Part shown: in pieces, positions 34,165 through 39,383 of the stretch
Numbering within the stretch: position 1 is the first letter of the stretch
Layout of the letters: the number at the start of each line of letters is the position of its first letter
Virus record (IMG/VR): IMGVR_UViG_3300030503_000223
Origin: a virus
DNA: 44,390 nt
Direction: 5' to 3' (one strand)
Translations under genes and position numbers: made by a program
Notes under the pieces: model-generated
The model's database searches: none
Seen by the model: the letters and a program-made list of their open reading frames with translations, nothing else
What the model was told of the DNA's origin: nothing

Positions 34165-34190
34165 AAAAAAAGGCTGGAAATACAGCCTTT
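34165..34190 (-). terminator. Rho-independent terminator downstream of the XRE repressor gene
   Basis: On the minus strand: AAAGGCTG-tatttc-CAGCCTTT followed by a run of seven T. Starts 17 nt after the stop at 34207. Confidence 0.7.
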
Positions 34191-34206
34191 AGAGCGAAAC
34201 TAACTT

Positions 34207-34413
34207 CTAACTAACACGCTTCCGGCTCTGCTGGTCGAGAAGCGCGTCGATCGAGAGTCCCGTTGCAGTCGCTAGCTTCTTCAGCGTCTCCGCTGAGGGG
34301 AGGCTGTCCCCGGAAAGCCATCCCCAGACGGTGGGCTGCGTCACGCCGACGCGCCGCGCAAGCTCGGCTTGCGTCATCGCCTGCTCCTGCAGGTATTCCT
34401 TGAGTCGGTTCAT
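34207..34413 (-). CDS. XRE-family (Cro/CI-type) HTH repressor, probably leaderless
   Basis: 68 aa from ATG 34413. MTQAELARRVGVTQPTVWGWLSG is a classic HTH_3 motif. Upstream ATG and TTG candidates lie inside or upstream of the promoter -10 element. Confidence 0.8.
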   Translation of the reverse strand: MNRLKEYLQEQAMTQAELARRVGVTQPTVWGWLSGDSLPSAETLKKLATATGLSIDALLDQQSRKRVS

Positions 34414-34420
34414 AGGCGTC

Positions 34421-34448
34421 ATTATAGGCGAAACCGATGCCCTGTCAA
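34421..34448 (-). promoter_or_regulatory. Leftward sigma70-type promoter TTGACA-16-TATAAT
   Basis: Minus strand reads TTGACA (34448-34443), a 16-nt spacer, TATAAT (34426-34421), then 7 nt, then ATG 34413. Confidence 0.65.
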
Positions 34449-34497
34449 TAGACAATCCCTATATCCATGGCGGTACAAGAAATATAGGTTTCATCTA

Positions 34498-34526
34498 TTG
34501 ACACGGGCATAGGTCGCGCCTATAGT
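34498..34526 (+). promoter_or_regulatory. Rightward sigma70-type promoter TTGACA-17-TATAGT
   Basis: TTGACA at 34498-34503 and TATAGT at 34521-34526. GGAGG RBS at 34542-34546 and ATG at 34552. The 15-bp palindrome ATAGG-TCGCG-CCTAT (34509-34523) overlaps the spacer and -10 element. Confidence 0.65.
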
Positions 34527-34551
34527 GCCTCCACTGACCTTGGAGGCGAGC

Positions 34552-34734
34552 ATGAAAAACCAGATTCTCAAAGACACTGACGGCTTCACCGTTCTGCCGG
34601 AACGCGTCGAGCACATCGCCGAAGAGTTCCAGCGCGCACTTCAGACGCCGGTACTCGTCACCAAGTCCGAAGACGACCTGCGTAGCGTCATCATCCAGAT
34701 CGCGCTGCTCGGGGGCCGGAGGGCGCGCCAGTGA
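34552..34734 (+). CDS. First rightward early protein (Cro-position), function unknown
   Basis: 60 aa from the ATG with a GGAGG RBS. The 5' extension in the ORF track would overlap the promoter. Confidence 0.5.
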   Translation: MKNQILKDTDGFTVLPERVEHIAEEFQRALQTPVLVTKSEDDLRSVIIQIALLGGRRARQ

Positions 34735-35105
34735 CCGACCTACGTTCCGAGATAGAACTGCTCGAAGCCAAGGTGCGCGCCGCCTGCACGGCGCTGCGTC
34801 AGGCCCGAGAAACCGTCAACCTTCTGCGCGAGGAACGCGACGGGCTTGCTGAGGCACTCTGGACCATCAGCACCGGCTCCGATCTCGTCTCCGCCACAGT
34901 CGCAAGAGCTGCGCTCCTGAAGATGCCCCTGTGCATGGAGTGCGATCAGCGGCGCGCCGTCGAAGGCGAAGACCTGTGCGAAGAGTGTGCGCAGAACCAG
35001 GCAGAAGCTGCCCACGAACGCGATCAGGGGGAATGCTTTCGCGGTGCAGAAGCTGAGGCGTTCCACGCAGAGCAAATGGCTCGCATCCAGAGGATGTTTA
35101 AGTGA
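34731..35105 (+). CDS. Hypothetical coiled-coil / CxxC...CxxC protein
   Basis: 124 aa. GTGA-coupled start. Contains CMECDQ..(11)..CEEC. Confidence 0.5.
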   Translation: MTDLRSEIELLEAKVRAACTALRQARETVNLLREERDGLAEALWTISTGSDLVSATVARAALLKMPLCMECDQRRAVEGEDLCEECAQNQAEAAHERDQGECFRGAEAEAFHAEQMARIQRMFK

Positions 35106-35268
35106 ACGTGATGCACTGGTGGCAGACACTCTCATGGTCGCATGCCGCTTTAATCCTTTGCGTACTTGGAGCCGGGGGAAGCCTCGTCACCCTTCTCCAC
35201 CGAAGACCCGGGCGTCTCCCGGCTCCGAGTGCTCACTGCCAGCGCAACAGCGTCGAGGCGGTGACGAA

Positions 35269-35433
35269 ATGAACGGCCCCAACGATTACTCCGATGAAGC
35301 CGAGACTGGCTACCTCGCCGACATGGACGCCGACTCACGGCAAGCCTACCGCGAAGACATGGAAGGCGATCCGTGGGGCGAAGAGCAGTGGCCCGAAGAA
35401 GAAGACGACACAGATCCTCAGGAGTTTAAGTAA
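35269..35433 (+). CDS. Very acidic 54-aa protein
   Basis: MNGPNDYSDEAETGYLADMDADSRQAYREDMEGDPWGEEQWPEEEDDTDPQEFK has 20 Asp/Glu against 3 Arg/Lys by hand count. GAGG lies upstream. The stop overlaps the SSB start (TAATG). Confidence 0.45.
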   Translation: MNGPNDYSDEAETGYLADMDADSRQAYREDMEGDPWGEEQWPEEEDDTDPQEFK

Positions 35434-36065
35434 TGGCAATCATGGCTGAAGACACAGGCGGCAAGGACTTCAAGAAAGTCCCCGCGGGCTGTCACTTCGC
35501 AATCTGCAACATGGTGGTTGATCTTGGCATCCAGGAATCGACCTACATGGGCGCGCCCAAGCGCATGCACAAGGTCTATCTGCGTTGGGAAGTCCCCGAC
35601 GAGCGCGTGTCTTACGAGAAAGACGGCAAGAGCATCGAGGGCCCTTGCTCCATCGGCTCGATGTACACGCTGTCGCTCTCCGAGAAGGCAAATCTGCGCA
35701 AGGTACTGGAGAACTGGCGCGGTGTTCCCTTTACACCCAAGGAGCTCAAGGGCTTCGATATCACCACCGTCGCCGGTAAGTGCTGTCAGGTCATGGTTCA
35801 GCACAAGACTTCAGGCGACAAGACCTACGCCAACATCACGGGCGTCATGGGCATCAGTAAGGATCAAAAAGAACGCGCTCGCAACGCGAAGTCTGAGGTC
35901 GGGGTCGTTGTCTACTCCCTCGACGACCCCGACCCGGAGGTGCACGAGCGTCTGCCTATTTGGCTGAAGGAAAAACTAGAGAACCGTATAGCGCCTCCGA
36001 GTGTTCATGCCGCAACGGCTGCAGGCACGACAGACGAAGAATTCGACGACGATATTCCTTTCTAG
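35433..36065 (+). CDS. ssb: Phage single-stranded DNA-binding protein (DUF669-like body) with bacterial SSB C-terminal tip
   Basis: 210 aa, ending ...TDEEFDDDIPF, identical to the E. coli SSB acidic tip DDDIPF. The N-terminal KKVPAGCHFAICNMVVDLG pattern resembles DUF669 phage SSBs. GGAG RBS. Confidence 0.65.
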   Translation: MAIMAEDTGGKDFKKVPAGCHFAICNMVVDLGIQESTYMGAPKRMHKVYLRWEVPDERVSYEKDGKSIEGPCSIGSMYTLSLSEKANLRKVLENWRGVPFTPKELKGFDITTVAGKCCQVMVQHKTSGDKTYANITGVMGISKDQKERARNAKSEVGVVVYSLDDPDPEVHERLPIWLKEKLENRIAPPSVHAATAAGTTDEEFDDDIPF

Positions 36066-36067
36066 CC

Positions 36068-36337
36068 ATGAGCATCATCGCGTCAAACATCGATCCGCGC
36101 GGGGATCTCTCCGGGGTTAATCCCGATTCTGTAACGGGTCACTGCGCTGTCATCGAGTACATCCTCACGCGCGACAAGGATGAGTTCCAGATTGCAGACG
36201 AACTGCGGGCGTATGTGAAGCAGTACTTCTACTCGAATCACGAGCTTTACATCGCTGTGAACGACAAGCTGGCCGCAGATAAAGTGATCTCAAAAGCCAA
36301 CTGGAAGAACTATCTTTCGCTGGTGCTGGAGGTCTGA
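36068..36337 (+). CDS. Hypothetical protein
   Basis: 89 aa from ATG 36068, just after the SSB stop. Confidence 0.45.
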   Translation: MSIIASNIDPRGDLSGVNPDSVTGHCAVIEYILTRDKDEFQIADELRAYVKQYFYSNHELYIAVNDKLAADKVISKANWKNYLSLVLEV

Positions 36338-36816
36338 TGGAACTTCTGTTCACCAAAGGCAACACCGGGCTCGTTCCAGCAAGTGACGAAGCGCGCGAGT
36401 GGCTGGATAAGAAGAAGCGTGGTGTCGCAATCATGGTTGAGCCGAGAGAGATCCGAAATGGCGCGTTCTTTCGCAAATGGTGGGCGCTCGTGAAGCTCGG
36501 CTACGAATATTGGGAAGGCAGCGCACAGACCATCGAGTACAAAGGTCATGCAGTGCTTCCCGATTTCGACCGCTTCCGTAAGGACGTGATCATCATGTGC
36601 GGTCACTACCATCCCGTCGTTGGGATCAAGGAGGAAGTGCGCATCGAACCGGATTCCCTGCGTTGGTCGCAGATGGATGAAGGCACATTTGAGAAGCTGT
36701 ACGAAGCAACCATCCGCGTGCTGCTCGCCCGTGTGTTCAATGGGAAGATTTGCCCCGCATGGACCGAGGAACAACTACGTGAAGTCGCGGAGAAATTTCT
36801 TGAGTTCGCGGCGTGA
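36337..36816 (+). CDS. DUF1367-like phage protein
   Basis: 159 aa. REIRNGAFFRKWWALVKLGYEYW resembles the DUF1367 signature as I remember it. Confidence 0.5.
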   Translation: MELLFTKGNTGLVPASDEAREWLDKKKRGVAIMVEPREIRNGAFFRKWWALVKLGYEYWEGSAQTIEYKGHAVLPDFDRFRKDVIIMCGHYHPVVGIKEEVRIEPDSLRWSQMDEGTFEKLYEATIRVLLARVFNGKICPAWTEEQLREVAEKFLEFAA

Positions 36817-37415
36817 AGGCGCACAAGCTTGAAATGGCCTGTGCCGAGTGCGGCCGCTCCTACTTCAAGAGGGCAGATCGCATTCGTGACCCAGATTTCT
36901 GCCGGATCGCGTGCAGGAAGTCATGGGACGCCAGAAGACGATTCGAGTCTCGGGCAAGGGATTGTGAGTATTGCGGGAAGAATTTCATTCCCCGGGCGGC
37001 CCAGCTCCGCGCAGGGGGTGGCAGATTTTGTTCCGTTTCCTGTTCCACACGCGCAATGGGGCATTTGATCCACTCTCCTGAGAGCCGCAAAAAGGCGGCA
37101 GCCACATGGCGAAGGAATGGGAACAAAGTGCCAGAGGGGCCTGGTCATCCGCAGTTTATGGGCCGCAAGTTGGTTAGCGGTTATGTGATGGTCTGGGTGG
37201 ACGATCGCGGCTACATACAGGAACACCGGCTCGTTGCAGAGAAGAGCTTGGGGCGCATGCTTAGGGCTGATGAAGTCGTCCATCATCGCAACGAAATAAG
37301 GACGGATAACCGGCCCGAGAATTTAGCGGTTATGACCCGCGCGGAGCACATGAACGAGCATCGCGACACGCTTGTTACCGCAAGAAAGGCCGTGCCATGG
37401 CGCAAGACCGGTTGA
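36813..37415 (+). CDS. HNH homing-type endonuclease with two N-terminal zinc-ribbon repeats
   Basis: 200 aa. HHRNEIRTDNRPENLAVMTRAEHMNEH is an HNH motif. N-terminal CAECG..FCRIAC and CEYCG..FCSVSC repeats. GTGA-coupled start. Confidence 0.8.
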   Translation: MKAHKLEMACAECGRSYFKRADRIRDPDFCRIACRKSWDARRRFESRARDCEYCGKNFIPRAAQLRAGGGRFCSVSCSTRAMGHLIHSPESRKKAAATWRRNGNKVPEGPGHPQFMGRKLVSGYVMVWVDDRGYIQEHRLVAEKSLGRMLRADEVVHHRNEIRTDNRPENLAVMTRAEHMNEHRDTLVTARKAVPWRKTG

Positions 37416-37678
37416 GCAAGGAGGCAAGAGGTCGTGAGTGCCAAGGTAGGATTCCTGGCGCATGCAATTTTAACTCGGAAACAACGGTGCTCGCGCACTT
37501 CAGACTTATCGGAATTTCCGGCCTCGGTATCAAGGCTCCTTCCTGGTGCGGAGCATGGCTTTGCTCGGGGTGCCATACCTTGGTTGACTCCTGCAAAGAT
37601 GATGACGTCCAACTCGACTTCGCAAAAGCCGTTCTTCGGACCCTCGGCATTCTTTTCACGGAGGGAAAACTGAAATGA
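37397..37678 (+). CDS. DUF1364-like (YbcO-type) putative nuclease
   Basis: 93 aa. CQGRIPGACNFNSETTVLAHFR......G.G.K......AWLCSGCH..VD fits the DUF1364 Cys/His pattern. Confidence 0.55.
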   Translation: MAQDRLSKEARGRECQGRIPGACNFNSETTVLAHFRLIGISGLGIKAPSWCGAWLCSGCHTLVDSCKDDDVQLDFAKAVLRTLGILFTEGKLK

Positions 37679-37715
37679 GCCGCCCGACCGTCATGAAGCA
37701 GAGGAGCTAGGGTAA

Positions 37716-38882
37716 GTGAATAATCCGCTCATGCCGCTCTCATTCACGCGCACTCTGCGTCTGAAAGTTCGCGCCGAGTCCTATCCATGGCTCAATGCTG
37801 CGGCGGTCGAAGTCAATCAGGTATTCAATTGGGCGAATGCGACCAGCTTTGATGCACGCCGCCGCACGGACCTTAAATCCAAGTGGCTCTCTGGCTTCGA
37901 CCTGTGCAACCTGACCAGCGGGGCGACGGAGTATTTCGAGCGGATCGGCGCTGACACGATTCAGTCAATTTGCACGCACTACGCGCAGAAGCGGACAGCA
38001 GCCAAGCGCCTGAAACTACGCTGGCGCGTGAGCCGAGGTGTGCGCCGCTCGCTCGGCTGGATACCGTTCAAGGCGGCGAGTCTCAAGCGACGCGGCAACG
38101 CGCTGCGATTTGCCGGCAAGAGTTTTCGGGTATTCGAAAGAGAGCAACTCGCCGGTGTAAAGTGGCGTGATGGGTGCTTCGCGCAAGATGCAGTCGGGGA
38201 CTGGTACTTGTGTCTGCCGGTCATTGTGACGGCAGAACAGACCGTAGCTCCGATGGAGGCCGTCGGCATCGATCTTGGACTCAAGACCATTGCCACGACT
38301 AGCGATGGCGAGAAATTGGAAGCCGGACGCTGGACGGTCGGTAATGCGGTAGCGCTTGCCAATGCGCAGCGCCGTGGGCATAAGCGCCAAGCCAAGCGGA
38401 TACACCGCAAGACCGCGAACCAGCGCAAGGACGCGCTGCATAAATTCAGCACTGGGATCGTGCGCAGATATCAGACGATAGTCGTTGGCGACGTGAGCAG
38501 CCTCAAACTGGCCAAGACCAAAATGGCCAAGTCCGTTCTGGACTCAGGTTGGGGGATGCTCAAGAACTTCCTGGATTATAAGAGCCAGTCGGCTGCCAGG
38601 AATTTCTCAGTAGTCAGCGAGAGTTACACCAGCGTCACTTGTTCTTTGTGCGGGTCGCTTAGCGGTCCGCGTGGGGTAAACGAGTTGATTGTAAGGTCGT
38701 GGATATGCCGGGACTGTGGTGAGTCCCATGACAGAGACATTAACGCGGCTCTGAATATCCTGACCGCCGGAAGGTGCTCCGGTCCGTGCGCGGGAACGAG
38801 TCTTTCACCGCATGCAGTCGCGTCGAGCACGGCATCTCGCCGTCGCGAGACAGGTAAAAGACTGCGTGAGGTGGCGGCATGA
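37716..38882 (+). CDS. tnpB: TnpB (IS605 OrfB family RNA-guided endonuclease)
   Basis: 388 aa. GAGGAG RBS 9 nt before GTG. RuvC-I is AVGIDLGLK (D186). Zinc finger CSLCG...CRDCG. RuvC-III is HDRDINAALNI. The canonical RuvC-II E is replaced by G258 (IVVGDV), and a Glu lies at 302 (VVSESYTS). Confidence 0.9.
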   Translation: MNNPLMPLSFTRTLRLKVRAESYPWLNAAAVEVNQVFNWANATSFDARRRTDLKSKWLSGFDLCNLTSGATEYFERIGADTIQSICTHYAQKRTAAKRLKLRWRVSRGVRRSLGWIPFKAASLKRRGNALRFAGKSFRVFEREQLAGVKWRDGCFAQDAVGDWYLCLPVIVTAEQTVAPMEAVGIDLGLKTIATTSDGEKLEAGRWTVGNAVALANAQRRGHKRQAKRIHRKTANQRKDALHKFSTGIVRRYQTIVVGDVSSLKLAKTKMAKSVLDSGWGMLKNFLDYKSQSAARNFSVVSESYTSVTCSLCGSLSGPRGVNELIVRSWICRDCGESHDRDINAALNILTAGRCSGPCAGTSLSPHAVASSTASRRRETGKRLREVAA

Positions 38883-39042
38883 GCACCGGGAAACTCGCAC
38901 GCGAAATCTTCTGGTTCCTGATTATTTTGGTCATCGCGACGTGCGTCAGTTTTTTGATACCGCCTGCGGATATTGGGGTGAGCTATCTACCGGGTACGCA
39001 CTGATGGGCCGATCCGCGATTCATTTTACCACTGGAGATATT
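38760..39042 (+). ncRNA. Candidate omega (right-end) guide RNA scaffold of the TnpB element
   Basis: Assigned by position: the 3' end of tnpB plus a 164-nt non-coding tail. Hairpins CCGGA-aggtgc-TCCGG (38767-38782) and TCGCG-t-CGAG-cacggcat-CTCG-ccgt-CGCGA (38818-38847). T-run at 38950-38955. Boundaries are not defined. Confidence 0.35.
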
Positions 39043-39046
39043 TGAA

Positions 39047-39370
39047 ATGACTGCAAAGAAACTCGATGCTGATCAGATCCGTCAGGGAGACGTTCTCATC
39101 GTTCGTGTGGGTGACGCTCCGCGCTCAAAGAGCGAAGGTCGTGTGGTGATCGCGTACGGGGAGGTAACGGGCCACAGCCATCAATTCATGGCCGAAGCCA
39201 AGGTATCGTACCTCGGCCGTGAGGCGGGACTCGACCGCTATGGCGTCCCTGCGACGGCAAAACTCTTGCATGAAGAGCACACCGCCCCTGCCGTGCCGGC
39301 CGGCCTCTACGAGCGTCCGGTACAAGTCGAATGGCAGGACTCGATGGAGCCGCGCATCGTCGCAGATTGA
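39047..39370 (+). CDS. Hypothetical protein with GEVTGHSH motif
   Basis: 107 aa. GGAGA RBS. QGDVLIVRVG...IAYGEVTGHSHQF resembles a recurrent phage protein family of unknown function. Confidence 0.5.
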   Translation: MTAKKLDADQIRQGDVLIVRVGDAPRSKSEGRVVIAYGEVTGHSHQFMAEAKVSYLGREAGLDRYGVPATAKLLHEEHTAPAVPAGLYERPVQVEWQDSMEPRIVAD

Positions 39371-39383
39371 GGGGGAAGCCAAT

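Larger units (their letters stand above)
37671..39050 (+). mobile_element. Solo-tnpB (IS1341-like, IS200/IS605 family) insertion bounded by the 8-bp direct repeat TGAAATGA
   Basis: tnpB with no tnpA. TGAAATGA occurs at 37671-37678 and at 39043-39050. Removing one repeat copy plus the interior fuses the stop of 37397-37678 to the ATG of 39047-39370 as an ATGA overlap. Confidence 0.5.

Noticed and set aside
34160-34188. A plus-strand TTGACA at 34160-34165 as a promoter -35 element.
   Set aside because: There is no acceptable -10 hexamer 16-18 nt downstream. The sequence there is the terminator stem.
34414-34455. Longer versions of the XRE repressor, starting at TTG 34455 or ATG 34422.
   Set aside because: These starts lie inside or upstream of the consensus -10 and -35 elements that would drive the gene, so they would not be on the transcript.
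34987-35268. Upstream part of tracked ORF 34987-35433.
   Set aside because: It overlaps the preceding gene and then crosses a GC-rich hairpin region with an Arg/Pro/Ser-rich translation. Only the acidic C-terminal 54 aa, from ATG 35269, looks coding.
38812-39045. 77-aa plus-strand ORF overlapping the tnpB 3' end and downstream spacer.
   Set aside because: It has no RBS, an odd composition, and lies in the region expected to encode the TnpB guide RNA scaffold.
39219-39383. 5' extension of the repeat-protein ORF (the tracked ORF starts at 39219).
   Set aside because: It overlaps gene 39047-39370 in another frame and translates to an Arg/Ser/Pro-rich sequence. ATG 39384 has a strong purine-rich RBS just after the upstream stop.
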